From Spirochaetia bacterium (GTDB lineage: Bacteria; Spirochaetota; Spirochaetia; UBA9216), in the NCBI GenBank assembly GCA_963677925.2, contig CAXXYH010000004.1:832001-896000 (forward strand): DNA of 64,000 bases. The letters are read 5' to 3'. The position numbers were made by a program, and so were the translations under genes. Under the pieces are notes generated by a model. It searched no databases, was not told where the DNA came from, and saw only the letters and a list, made by a program, of their open reading frames with translations. Each line of letters starts with the position of its first letter. The stretch's first letter is position 1. Below are positions 51,501 to 61,253 of the stretch, in pieces.

Positions 51501-54075
51501 TATGAAGCTCGAAGAAACAAATTTAATTGTTAATTCTAAGCTTCGAGATTGGGAACCTGTCAAGGATAGAATTATAGCTGGCGTAAGTTCTTTTGGTATA
51601 GGTGGTACCAATGCACATGCGGTACTTGAAAAGTATAATTATGATGACATTTATGCTTCGTCCTCATCCTCGGAAAGGTTAATTTTCCCAGTTTCCGCTA
51701 AGAATGAAGATGTTCTTAAAGAGTATTTAAATCTATTATATTCCAGTATCAATGAATTCAAAAAAGAGGACATGATTAATGCTGCTTTTACCCTGAATAA
51801 TTATAGAAATAATTATATTTATCGAGGGTATTTCATTCTTTCATTAAAGAATTTGAATTCTCCTGATGATTTATCTGAAAATATATATTATTCAGTGAAA
51901 AAGGCATATAGTTCTCCAAAAGTTGTAATGCTTTTCTCAGGTCAGGGAACTCAATATACTGGAATGATTTCTGAACTCTACAATGAAAACCATGATTTTA
52001 GAAAAAACTTGCAATTTTGTTCTGACATTATAAAAAATAATACTGGTTGGAATGTAACTGAATTACTTTTTGATGAAAGATCAGAAATTTATCAGACTGA
52101 GTATACTCAACCATTATTGTTTGCTGTTGAATGGTCTATTGCTAAGACTTTAATTGATTATGGTCTGGATATCGATTATTTAATTGGACATAGTCTTGGT
52201 GAATATACAGCAGCGTGTATAGCCGGAGCATTTTCTATTGAGGAGGGTCTTCAGCTTGTTATAGATCGGGGAAGAATAATGGCTTCTGCAGGTGAAGGGC
52301 ATATGCTAGCCGTTTTTTGTTCATTTGACTCCATTGAAAGTATACTTGAAGATTATAAAGTATCTGTTGCTGGAAAAAATTCACCAAAACAAGTAGTTCT
52401 ATCAGGATCGAAATCATCAATTTCAGAAATACAAAAAATATTTGATGATAAAGGAATTATATCAAAACAACTTGGAATAAATTCAGCTTTTCATAGTGAG
52501 TTGATGGAGCCTATTCTCGATGAATTCAGAATCGCTGCCGCTCGGATTTCCTATAAACCTCTAAATAAAATTGTTGTATCAAATTGTACAGGTAACAAAC
52601 TTGAGAAGGGATTTATTTATAATGCTGATTATTGGGTTAAACATCTTCGGGGAACGATTTTATTTGAAGATGGTATAAAAAATCTGGCAGACATAGAGGA
52701 AGCTGTATATATTGAAGCGGGTCCGGGGGCTGTATTAATTAATTTTATAAGAGTAACTCTAAAAGATAATATTAAAACTACTATTCAAACTATTCCCGTA
52801 TCTGGAAACAACACTAATGGAGCCTTATTTTTTACAAAAGCCATTGGAGATATTTGGAAAGCTGGATGTAATATTAATTTAGATTATGTAAATTCTATTG
52901 AATCATCTAAAAGAATTAATCTACCTACTTATCCATTTTTAAAAAAGAAGTTGTGGATTTCTCCGGACAGAAGTTTTTCTGGATCAACCAACAATAAAAA
53001 ATTACAGAAAGTCATAGCAAACGAAATGAAAACTGAAGATGTTTCTGTTAAAAATAAATTAAAAAGAATTTGGTCTATAGTTTTAGGTTATGAAGATGTT
53101 TCAATAGATGAAAATTTCTTCGATTTAGGTGGAGATTCTTTACTTTCTGCAAAATTAATCAAGGAAATTAATGAACAGTTTCTAACAAAGATTACACTAA
53201 AAGAGGTTATGACGAATCCTACTATTAGTGGTATGGAATCGATAATTAATAAAAAAAATATTTCCAGGAATACCTTTACTGAAAGCTCAAATATGAATTA
53301 TGTAATTAAGCTGAATGATTCGGATTCTGATGAATTGTTCTATTGTGTCGTCGGGGTTCAAATATACAAAGAATTAGCTGAAAATCTCTCAGACATTGGT
53401 CGTTGTTATGGTACTTATTTACCTGAAGAAGAAGAGCTTATGAAAGGAAATTTGAAAGAAGATCAGTGGGATGTCAAAGATTTAGCAAGAAGTTATAAGA
53501 AAATAATTATCGAGCACAGTAAAGGTGTATCTGTTAATCTTATCGGAATTTCATTTGGTGGATTGGTAGCATATGAGATTGCAAAACAATTAAAAGAGAA
53601 TGGTATTGATGTAAAATTGCTTGTTATGTTGGATTCATTATTGCCGTTTGGTATCAAAAGGATTCCATATAAGTGGGTGAAATCTCATATTATTGATATT
53701 TTGAAAAATGGATTTCAAAAAGAAAATAAGAAAAAAATAAAAAATCTGATCAATAAAAAAAGAGATTTGGAAAATGATCTTATTATTAATAAACGTCAAG
53801 ATATCTATAAAGCCGCCCTTGAATTATTTGTAAATCAGCCTCAAACTATTTATTACGGTGAAAGCTTATTGGTTAAGGCGCAGGATGAAAATAATTATCC
53901 TGGATATAAAGTAGATCCGGTTTATGGTTGGGAAAAGTATATAAATAAAGATAAGATTCATACGTCTATCTCCCCTGGAGGGCATTTGGATATTCTAAAA
54001 AGTCCGAATGTAAGAATCACTGCAAAATCAATTAGAGATAATTATCTCAGAATTTTAAATGATAAAATAAAATAA
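48508..54075 (+). CDS. Hybrid NRPS-PKS: A(Gly)-PCP-KS-AT(malonyl)-ACP-TE
   Basis: A domain: YTSGSTGKPKG, FDIS, YGPTETTIW. PCP: FFDVGGYS. KS: QSGCSTSLVA, ETHGTGT, NIGHLD. AT: GQG.Q, GHSLGE, SAFHS. ACP: FFDLGGDSLL. TE: GISFGG...GGH. Confidence 0.95.
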   Translation: MNRETSVWYGKNTSLSNYKCWLDLFYKNVELTPDKIAVIFENRYISYRELDLLSNWFCNQILKNSNNDNDFIGIHLKRSHIMLAAMIGVAKAGKAYLPLDPSFPKARLLYMLEDSGTKLIIADENTGLEDVIGNKEIQLVDSGNCVQEEQIDFIEYNLEKQPAYILYTSGSTGKPKGVVVGHKAFLNFLLSMKEEPGCNSSDVLLALTTISFDISGLELFLPLICGGTIYVVSREVVLNPKKMLNIIETNEISIIQGTPALWKLLIDYGFKGKDGLKILCGGDIFPLDLAINLYNTGCPIWNMYGPTETTIWSSVYKLEKEPDVAPYIGFPIANTGFHILDEDLDPVEKGEAGLLWISGDGLSDGYWKKQAQTNEVFKKINNNSGQFFYNTGDWVYETIDGNIAFSGRKDNQVKIRGYRIEISEIEKSLINIPAIKDAVVLSRKDSKENTILVAFYILDQIDEEISSSFIRNELANTLPEYMIPAYYFKLDKFPMTLNNKIDRTAFPDIGTIEKQSESKVQKTLTLLEYIQKCWNESLGHKNFSEHDNFFDVGGYSVLIVDILHKIGTFLNKDIDPLIFFENPTIYSLNKALTTNKEDIIIDSASMDKDTLLEDSDDLTLAIIGMSCAVPGAENVEEFWELLSQGKSGILEHSVDDLINAGMPLEVIEQPNYIRKSGILPSTEYFDHEFFGYSPKEAKFMDPQHRLFMQHCYKALESAGIKSTDDNKTAVFAGSGQNKYLLKNIIFSSEKEEFSDFQIMVGNENDFLASRVSYKLNLRGPAVTVQSGCSTSLVAVQLGYQSLLNYQCDMALCGGVSLNVPVTEGYLYEEGSILSPTGECRAFDVDADGTVFGSGVGVILLKRLSDAVRDNDPIIALLRSVAINNDGADKIGYTAPSIRGQAEVISEALALADVSPELISYVETHGTGTILGDPIEISGLKKALNAQSSDNHKCYIGSVKTNIGHLDTAAGIVSLIKTALSIKNKKIPASLNYLAPNPVMKLEETNLIVNSKLRDWEPVKDRIIAGVSSFGIGGTNAHAVLEKYNYDDIYASSSSSERLIFPVSAKNEDVLKEYLNLLYSSINEFKKEDMINAAFTLNNYRNNYIYRGYFILSLKNLNSPDDLSENIYYSVKKAYSSPKVVMLFSGQGTQYTGMISELYNENHDFRKNLQFCSDIIKNNTGWNVTELLFDERSEIYQTEYTQPLLFAVEWSIAKTLIDYGLDIDYLIGHSLGEYTAACIAGAFSIEEGLQLVIDRGRIMASAGEGHMLAVFCSFDSIESILEDYKVSVAGKNSPKQVVLSGSKSSISEIQKIFDDKGIISKQLGINSAFHSELMEPILDEFRIAAARISYKPLNKIVVSNCTGNKLEKGFIYNADYWVKHLRGTILFEDGIKNLADIEEAVYIEAGPGAVLINFIRVTLKDNIKTTIQTIPVSGNNTNGALFFTKAIGDIWKAGCNINLDYVNSIESSKRINLPTYPFLKKKLWISPDRSFSGSTNNKKLQKVIANEMKTEDVSVKNKLKRIWSIVLGYEDVSIDENFFDLGGDSLLSAKLIKEINEQFLTKITLKEVMTNPTISGMESIINKKNISRNTFTESSNMNYVIKLNDSDSDELFYCVVGVQIYKELAENLSDIGRCYGTYLPEEEELMKGNLKEDQWDVKDLARSYKKIIIEHSKGVSVNLIGISFGGLVAYEIAKQLKENGIDVKLLVMLDSLLPFGIKRIPYKWVKSHIIDILKNGFQKENKKKIKNLINKKRDLENDLIINKRQDIYKAALELFVNQPQTIYYGESLLVKAQDENNYPGYKVDPVYGWEKYINKDKIHTSISPGGHLDILKSPNVRITAKSIRDNYLRILNDKIK

Positions 54076-54194
54076 ATTGGAAAAATTTAGACAGGATTAC
54101 CACCTGCTATTTTAAATTATTTGAATCTTTCTTAAAAACTTTGAATTTAGTGTATAATTATAAACAGTAAAAAAATTCAGGTGAAGGTAAAAAT

Positions 54195-57100
54195 ATGAGT
54201 GTTATGATAACTTCTATCAAGCGTTATTTTCAAACAGTTAACGCAATTTTAAAAGTTAATACTGCATATAATATTGTTCTTTGTTGTAAGCTTTCCGGGA
54301 AGATAGATATTCCTAAATTGCATAAGTGTTGGCTTGATTGTTCAGCTCTCATCCCTGAACTATATGGAGTTTGTGATGTTGAGAAGATCCAAATCGTATC
54401 CGAAGAAAAAGCATATAGTTTTGTTAAAAAAGAATCTGAAAATAATTTTGATTTAAGCGATTCTGGTGTCCCATTAAGGGCTTTTATCCTCGAGTTAAAT
54501 ACTTCTGATTGCTTGTTCTGTGTAATACAGCATCATTCGCTTATAGATCTCCATTCAAAAAACCTTCTATCAAGGACGATATCAGAACTATATAATAAAG
54601 GAAAGAGTTCTTTTAAGTTTCTTAAATACAAAGAAACAGAGCCAGCTATACTAAATATGGAGTTCTGGAAAAATCAGCTGGAAAATGAACCATCGCCTCT
54701 GTTGCTCCCTTCAGCCTTACCCGAAAGGGGTAATTTTACAGGTGATGGACATACAATTTTTGCAGATATGCCGGATTGGGTTGGTGCTGGACTTCAAAAT
54801 ATTGAAATTGAATATCAGCTTCAGGATTTCCTGATATTCCTGACTGTATATGCTGTTATGCTCTTAAGATTAAGCGGACAGGATGATTTCTTTATTGGAA
54901 TCCCGTTTTCAAATAGAAAGAACCCTGAGCGTGAGTTTATGTATGGTCCCTTTGTAAATGTTCTTCCACTTCGTGTGCAGATTGATAATTCTGATACATT
55001 CATCACTCTTTACTCAAAAATCAGAAAGCAAATGCTACTGCTGAACAGGAATCAGGATGCCCCTTTTCTTGAAATTTCCAGGCTTTATCTTGGTCAGCGT
55101 GATTCCAGGATTCCTTTTTTTATCCAGGCGGGTTTTACACGTGAAGATCCTTTTAATCTTGATCTGGATGGTCTTAAGTGTTCGACTGTTGATATTCGAC
55201 CTGATGGCGCCCAGATGGATCTTTTTCTGACATATTGGCAGGAAAATGATAGATTCCGGTATCGTTGGGAATATAACACTAATGCTTTTACTGAATCACA
55301 GGCTTTAGGTTGGAAAAAATCTTATGAGAATATACTTAAACAGGTATTAACACTCCCTGACATAAAAATTTCTGACATTTCAATGCTTCAGGATAGGTCC
55401 GGAGTTTCTGTCTTTAAGGAAACAATAAGGAAATATCCGGTTGAAATTCCTTTGCGAGCGCTTCTGGAAAAGGTAAGAAAACAAAATTCTGATATCACTG
55501 CAATCAGGGATAAAACCAGGAGCCTAAACTATAATCAGTTTGATAAGCTGGTAAATCAGTATTCATCTGTTTTATACGCAAAGGCAGGATCTGGAAAGTA
55601 CATCGCTGTGAGTATTGATAATTCCATTGAGCGGACCATTCTGATTCATTCAATAGTGAATTCCGGTAATGTCTATATCCCTGTTGATCCGAACTGGCCG
55701 TCTTCAAGGGTTGATTATATCCTTGGAAATTCAGGGGCAAGTCTTGCAGTTATTGAAAAACGCAATTCAGGAAAATACCAAAGCGATGTTGAAACAGTAT
55801 TTATAGATTATTTCCAGGTCTCTGATATAAGTACTGATATCAGAATGGATAAAAAACCTCACGATCCTTTTGCTGTGCTTTATACAAGTGGATCAACAGG
55901 TAACCCCAAGGGCGTTTTTATTAATGGGGACGGACTGATTAACAGACTCTACTGGATGCAGGAAGCCTATCCGTTAAAGCCGGGAGATTCTCTGCTGCAT
56001 AAGGTCCCATTTACGTTTGATGTTTCCATGTGGGAAATATTCTGGCCGTTTCTGTTCGGAGCTTCTCTTTATATTCCTGAACCGGCAAAACATCTTGATG
56101 ATAATTATCTTGCCAATACTATTCGTGAACAGAAAATTAAGTATGTTCACTTTGTTCCCTCACTACTTAAGAAATTTCTTGATTATGCAAAAAATACAGA
56201 TCTGCCGGAACTTAAAGCAGTTATTTGTTCCGGTGAGGCGCTTGAGGTTTCGCTTCTTGAGCAGTATTTTGCAAAAATAGGAAATAAACCGCTTCATAAC
56301 CTTTACGGCCCTACAGAGGCTTCTATTGATGTTACAGCGTGGACATGTTCAAAAGGTGATCTAGATAAGAAGCGAATACCTATAGGGTATCCCATAGCTA
56401 ATACAAGAATTTATATACTTGATAAATATGGAAAGCTCTGCCTGCCTTATGTTAAAGGTGATATTGTTATTGCAGGTATTAATGTTTCAGACGGATATGT
56501 CAATAATCCAGAACTTACTTCAAAGGTTTTTATTGAAGGTGACTGGGGATTTGGTCGTGAACGAGTGTATTTTACTGGTGATCTGGGGTTTTATTCCGAA
56601 CAGGGTATTATCTATTACGACGGTAGAAAAGATTCTCAAGTGAAGATAAACGGTATCAGGATTGAGTTGTCGGAAATCGAACGTCAGCTTGAAAAACTTA
56701 GATCAGTGAAAGCTGCTGCAGTTATAATCCCCGGTAAAAATCAAGGCGATATGACAATATTTGCGTATCTGAAAACTGAATCAAATATTGATATTACAAG
56801 TATTAAGAAGGACCTCTCTCATGTACTGCCAGGCTATATGATTCCTGGAACGTTTGTTGTTCTGGAAGATTTTCCTATGCTGACAAGCGGAAAGATAGAC
56901 AGGAAAGCTCTTACTGCCATTACCCCGGATGTGAAAACTGATTCAGCTTCTAAACCTGTAAAAGCTGCGGGGCATTCAGGAGAAATATCATCGTTGTGGA
57001 GTGAACTCCTTAATCTTGCAGAAATTCCTCTGGATATCAGTTTTTTTGATATTGGTGGTCATTCCCAGCTGCTTCCAGAACTTAAGAGCAGGCTTGAGAA

Positions 57101-57275
57101 ACTATCAGGTGTAGAGATAGAGCTGATTGATCTGTTCAATTATCCTACGGTACAATCACAGTGTGAGCTGCTCTTTAATTCCGGTTCTGAGGTTAAAATT
57201 GAGGTGTCCGGAAATGAGAGACGGCAGATAATGCGGCGTGCGGCTCAAAGAGGCAGGCAGCGGAGAAACGGGTAA
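54195..57275 (+). CDS. NRPS module: C-A(Ser)-PCP
   Basis: C domain: HHSLIDL. A domain: YTSGSTGNPKG, FDVSMWE, HFVPS, NLYGPTEASIDV. PCP: FFDIGGHS. Confidence 0.93.
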   Translation: MSVMITSIKRYFQTVNAILKVNTAYNIVLCCKLSGKIDIPKLHKCWLDCSALIPELYGVCDVEKIQIVSEEKAYSFVKKESENNFDLSDSGVPLRAFILELNTSDCLFCVIQHHSLIDLHSKNLLSRTISELYNKGKSSFKFLKYKETEPAILNMEFWKNQLENEPSPLLLPSALPERGNFTGDGHTIFADMPDWVGAGLQNIEIEYQLQDFLIFLTVYAVMLLRLSGQDDFFIGIPFSNRKNPEREFMYGPFVNVLPLRVQIDNSDTFITLYSKIRKQMLLLNRNQDAPFLEISRLYLGQRDSRIPFFIQAGFTREDPFNLDLDGLKCSTVDIRPDGAQMDLFLTYWQENDRFRYRWEYNTNAFTESQALGWKKSYENILKQVLTLPDIKISDISMLQDRSGVSVFKETIRKYPVEIPLRALLEKVRKQNSDITAIRDKTRSLNYNQFDKLVNQYSSVLYAKAGSGKYIAVSIDNSIERTILIHSIVNSGNVYIPVDPNWPSSRVDYILGNSGASLAVIEKRNSGKYQSDVETVFIDYFQVSDISTDIRMDKKPHDPFAVLYTSGSTGNPKGVFINGDGLINRLYWMQEAYPLKPGDSLLHKVPFTFDVSMWEIFWPFLFGASLYIPEPAKHLDDNYLANTIREQKIKYVHFVPSLLKKFLDYAKNTDLPELKAVICSGEALEVSLLEQYFAKIGNKPLHNLYGPTEASIDVTAWTCSKGDLDKKRIPIGYPIANTRIYILDKYGKLCLPYVKGDIVIAGINVSDGYVNNPELTSKVFIEGDWGFGRERVYFTGDLGFYSEQGIIYYDGRKDSQVKINGIRIELSEIERQLEKLRSVKAAAVIIPGKNQGDMTIFAYLKTESNIDITSIKKDLSHVLPGYMIPGTFVVLEDFPMLTSGKIDRKALTAITPDVKTDSASKPVKAAGHSGEISSLWSELLNLAEIPLDISFFDIGGHSQLLPELKSRLEKLSGVEIELIDLFNYPTVQSQCELLFNSGSEVKIEVSGNERRQIMRRAAQRGRQRRNG

Positions 57276-57287
57276 AGGAGCAGTCGT

Positions 57288-59264
57288 TTGTGCGGGATTA
57301 CAGGAATACTCAAGCCGGGACCGGCAAAAGAACTTAAAGCGGAAATCGAAAAATTAATTCCCTATATTGAGCATCGCGGACCTGACGGATGGGGCAGTTA
57401 CGGGGCTCCTGGGATTGCACTCGGGCACCGCCGTCTCTCTATTATTGATCTGAGTCTTGGAAGTCAGCCTATGGTGTCCGGAAATTCAGTAATAACCTTT
57501 AATGGTGAAATTTATAATTATCTGGAACTCAAAAAAGAGCTTGAATCACTTGGTGTGCTTTTTGAAACTAACAGTGATACTGAAGTTCTTCAGAAAGCAA
57601 TAGATTTCTGGGGAGATTCCGCTTATAGCAGGCTAAACGGACAGTTTGCTCTACTTCACTGGGATAAGAAAAGAAGAATATTAACTGCAGTACGGGACAG
57701 GTACGGAATTAGACCTTTATATTTTATGAAAACTGAAGGCGGCTGGTATTTTTCTTCAGAGATGAAGATTTTTGATCATATAGGCAGTCGAAAACGGTTC
57801 TGGAATCCTGAGAATCTGCTTGAGCATGGGCTTATCTGGAATACTTTGGGCGATTCCACAGTATACAGTAACATCTGCTCGCTTGAAGGCGGCTGTTTCC
57901 AGAAGTTCAGTGATGAAGGAACTTCCGGTCCGAAAAGATACTATGTTCTGGGGCAGGATGCTGGTGCAATGCTTACGGAAGCTCCAGATGTTTTGGCCGA
58001 AATCTTTCGCGAAAAGCTTTCAGAATCTGTCAAACTTAGGCTTCGAAGTGATGTTCCTGTTGGCTGTTACCTCAGCGGCGGGATTGATTCATCGGTAACC
58101 TCTTATCTTGCAAAGAAAATCAATAACAAATCATTTAAGAGTTTTTCAGTAACTTTCAGCGATCCATCCTTTGATGAGTCTGAATTCCAGAAGATAATGG
58201 TAAATTCGCTGGGGTTCGATCATTATTCTGTGAATATCGATGGCAAAGCTGTAGAAAATAATTTTTATAATGCGGCGAAACACTTTGAGAGGCCTGTTTT
58301 CAGGACAGCTCCGGTGCCGCTTTTTCTTCTTTCAGAGAAGGTTCGTGAAACTGATGTAAGGGTAGTGCTCACTGGTGAGGCTTCAGATGAAATTCTGTTT
58401 GGTTATGACACCAACAAGGAGCTTAAACTTCTTTCACTCTGGAAAAAAGGTTTGAGTGAGGAGGAGATTACAAAGATTCTCCTGCAGCTTAATCCGCATC
58501 TTGACCATTACAAAGATAAAGAGCAGGTTGGTTTTTTAAAAATGTACTACGAGGGTTTCCTGGATCGCTTTCAAAGTCCTCTTGGTGGACTGGTTATGCG
58601 AATCAGTAATAATCAGGTGTTAACCAATATATTTAATAAAGAATGGGGTCTTTCTTTCAATTTCAACAACCTTGCGGATAAAGTGGATTCATTGACTCCG
58701 CCACACGTTAAGCAGTGGGGCATATATCAGAAAAATCAATTCTGGGAGATGAAGACTTTGCTTTCCGGGTATCTTCTCTCTGCACAGGGAGACAGGATGG
58801 CGATGTCTCATGGTATTGAGGGCCGTTTTCCCTTTCTTGATCATAACCTCATTGAATGGCTGATGACTGTTCCTACAGATGTAAAAATAAATGATTTCTC
58901 AACAAAACATCTGCTTAAGGATGCTTTCAGGGATGTTATTCCGGAACCAATAATAAATAGGCCTAAAAGACCTTATACAGCACCCGACATAGCGTCATTT
59001 TTTCCTGGCGGCAGACGTGGAGAACTTGTGAAAAATTATTTAAATAGTGATATAGTGAGAGAGTACGGGATTTTTGAACCTAAAATGGTAGAAAGATTGA
59101 TTTTTAAAATAGAACGTCGAGGTCTTGAATCTGCGGGATACCGTGATAACATGATGACAACTTATCTGCTTTCCTCTCAAATTGTTGAAAGTCAAATCAG
59201 AAATCCTGAAATAAAAATTGTTGATTACTCGAATCAGACAGTGAGTGTGCTAGAGGAGTATTAA
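57288..59264 (+). CDS. asnB: Asparagine synthase (glutamine-hydrolysing)-like amidotransferase
   Basis: N-terminal MCGI, HRGPDG, LGHRRLSIID, FNGEIYNY, LSGGIDSS, LTGEASDE, DRMAM..GIEGRFPFLD. Confidence 0.93.
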   Translation: MCGITGILKPGPAKELKAEIEKLIPYIEHRGPDGWGSYGAPGIALGHRRLSIIDLSLGSQPMVSGNSVITFNGEIYNYLELKKELESLGVLFETNSDTEVLQKAIDFWGDSAYSRLNGQFALLHWDKKRRILTAVRDRYGIRPLYFMKTEGGWYFSSEMKIFDHIGSRKRFWNPENLLEHGLIWNTLGDSTVYSNICSLEGGCFQKFSDEGTSGPKRYYVLGQDAGAMLTEAPDVLAEIFREKLSESVKLRLRSDVPVGCYLSGGIDSSVTSYLAKKINNKSFKSFSVTFSDPSFDESEFQKIMVNSLGFDHYSVNIDGKAVENNFYNAAKHFERPVFRTAPVPLFLLSEKVRETDVRVVLTGEASDEILFGYDTNKELKLLSLWKKGLSEEEITKILLQLNPHLDHYKDKEQVGFLKMYYEGFLDRFQSPLGGLVMRISNNQVLTNIFNKEWGLSFNFNNLADKVDSLTPPHVKQWGIYQKNQFWEMKTLLSGYLLSAQGDRMAMSHGIEGRFPFLDHNLIEWLMTVPTDVKINDFSTKHLLKDAFRDVIPEPIINRPKRPYTAPDIASFFPGGRRGELVKNYLNSDIVREYGIFEPKMVERLIFKIERRGLESAGYRDNMMTTYLLSSQIVESQIRNPEIKIVDYSNQTVSVLEEY

Positions 59265-59266
59265 TT

Positions 59267-59509
59267 ATGTCATTGAAACAAATGTTGATAGATTTTATTT
59301 GTCAGAATTTTATGGTTGAAGAACATGAGATAGATCTTGATGAATCTCTCATTGACCAGGGAATTATTGATTCATTTGGTCTTGTGGAGATTTCCGGGTT
59401 TCTTAAAAAGGAATTTGGAATTGAAACTGATCAGTCTGACATGAACAGGGCAAATTTCGGATCAATAGAAAAAATAGTAATATATGCAGAATCAAAGCGT
59501 TTGAAATAA
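59267..59509 (+). CDS. Stand-alone acyl/aminoacyl carrier protein (DltC-like)
   Basis: SLIDQGIIDSFGLVEI...EFGI...NFGSI. Confidence 0.92.
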   Translation: MSLKQMLIDFICQNFMVEEHEIDLDESLIDQGIIDSFGLVEISGFLKKEFGIETDQSDMNRANFGSIEKIVIYAESKRLK

Positions 59510-59575
59510 GCGAAGTGCATGGAAAAATTATTCTTTACCTGACTAAGCAGTGTTAGTTTTAAAAAAGATGACGGC

Positions 59576-59818
59576 TGCTGGCTTGATTTATATTATAAGA
59601 ATATCAATTTGGTTTCGCGGAAAATAGCTGTAATATTCGAAGATAGGAGAATTTCATATAGGAAACTTGATTATCTTGTAAACTGGTTTTTCGACAAAAT
59701 ACGCAGTTTATATTCATCCGGGACTCTGTTTGCAGGCATTTTTACAAAATATTCCAATTTGATGCTTGCAGCTAATTTTCTAAGGAATTATGTATGGAAT
59801 CAACATTTTATAAGATAA
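59576..59818 (+). pseudogene. Decayed fragment of an adenylation-domain gene, paralogous to the 5' end of the NRPS-PKS
   Basis: CWLDLYYKNINLVSRKIAVIFEDRRISYRKLDYLVNWF...MLAA aligns without gaps to CWLDLFYKNVELTPDKIAVIFENRYISYRELDLLSNWF...MLAA (48565-48762). Confidence 0.8.
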
Positions 59819-59950
59819 CGGGCTTTCTATCAATTAATCAAAAAACTTAATGTGAAAAGTAATAAAAAGGCTCTCTCTATCAAAATCTCTATAAAAAGAC
59901 TTTGTCTCTAAATATAACGTTGTTTTTTCAGAGTGACTATTGTAAAAAAG

Positions 59951-60850
59951 TTATTTAACTGCTTCCATATAAATTGCGACATCTGTCCATAATCTATCAA
60001 AAACTGGGTTTTTCCTCATCACAGGTGAGAGACTTTGGCCTGCGGATAAGGAAATTACTTTTTCAAATCCAGCTTCAAAAAGGAAATTTTCTAGTTTGCA
60101 ATAATCCCACCAATTAACATGGTTTTTTCTATATTTCCGCTGTTTTTCTATCGAACATCGGCTTGTACATAGATTCATTGCATTTTGAAAATTATTATCT
60201 CTTATTATTGAATCAAATTCTTCATCGCTTATAGGATTATCTGCTCCATCTGAATGTATCATTGAAGCATTCGCAGCAAAATGGGATAGCATTACCTGTG
60301 GAAGCGTTGCTTTATTAAGTGGAGTAGAGAACTTCATTATGTCCATTATCTCCGGATAGCTAAACCCATCTAACCACCAAAAATATTGTCTATCGTTTCT
60401 TAAATATGCTTCATAATCTAATCTAATATTCGGGGTGACAATTTTAAATATGCCATCCTTTTTTAGTGTTCTATGGATTTCTTTGAAAAGGTAGATTGCT
60501 GAATCATCATCTATGTGTTCAATTGCAAAACGACTATGGAATAATTCTGCAGAATTGGATTCTATTGGAAGTTCATTTCTATCTAACGGATCATGTGCAA
60601 TATCGATTTCAGGATTAAATCTTGGATAAATCTCTTCACCGAGATCAACATCTATATTTGTCCAATAGGGATGGTAGAATTTACCACCGAAACCAAAATG
60701 ACCTCCTGCTGAAATATTATAAAATGCTTTCTCTTTAACACTTTTAATCCCATAAATTTCGGAATACTCTGAGAGTCTTTCTATTTTATTATCTGATTTT
60801 ATAACATCATATCCAAAAGATTTTAAAAACTTTTTAATTCGCTTTTTCAT
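59951..60850 (-). CDS. Class I SAM-dependent methyltransferase-like protein
   Basis: YNISAGG, WTNIDV, SRFAIEHI, EIHRTLKKDGIFKIVTPN. Confidence 0.8.
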   Translation of the reverse strand: MKKRIKKFLKSFGYDVIKSDNKIERLSEYSEIYGIKSVKEKAFYNISAGGHFGFGGKFYHPYWTNIDVDLGEEIYPRFNPEIDIAHDPLDRNELPIESNSAELFHSRFAIEHIDDDSAIYLFKEIHRTLKKDGIFKIVTPNIRLDYEAYLRNDRQYFWWLDGFSYPEIMDIMKFSTPLNKATLPQVMLSHFAANASMIHSDGADNPISDEEFDSIIRDNNFQNAMNLCTSRCSIEKQRKYRKNHVNWWDYCKLENFLFEAGFEKVISLSAGQSLSPVMRKNPVFDRLWTDVAIYMEAVK

Positions 60851-61253
60851 CTGTTATCCTTTATTTTCAATAATCAATATATTTTAGAATTTAATTTATT
60901 CTGTCAAGAAGTCTCGACAGAAATATATGTTAGCATGAGTGAGATCAACATAAACGATTAGTATTGGGTAACAGTTTGCATGACTCTTTAAAAATAGTGG
61001 TCTACCTGTGTAATTCTAAATAGCTTTTAAAAGGGTAAAGATATAGAATAAACATTAGCAGAACACCTTAATTACATGGTTTTTAAGGGTAACTAGAATA
61101 AAAGAATTATTAAAAAGCCTTATAGCTTGACTTAGGTGTATTTCAGGAAGATTTAAAGATTTTCTTAGTTTTTGGATATCACAAAATGCAAGTGTAAAAT
61201 TCTGAATAGGAGTTATAACGGAATTTCCTGCACAATTCAGGTTAAATGTTAAA

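Noticed and set aside
57288-59264. AsnB homologue as the lasso cyclase for the 9314-9523 peptide
   Set aside because: It keeps the N-terminal Cys glutaminase domain, is coupled to NRPS and carrier genes about 48 kb away, and the peptide lacks lasso hallmarks.
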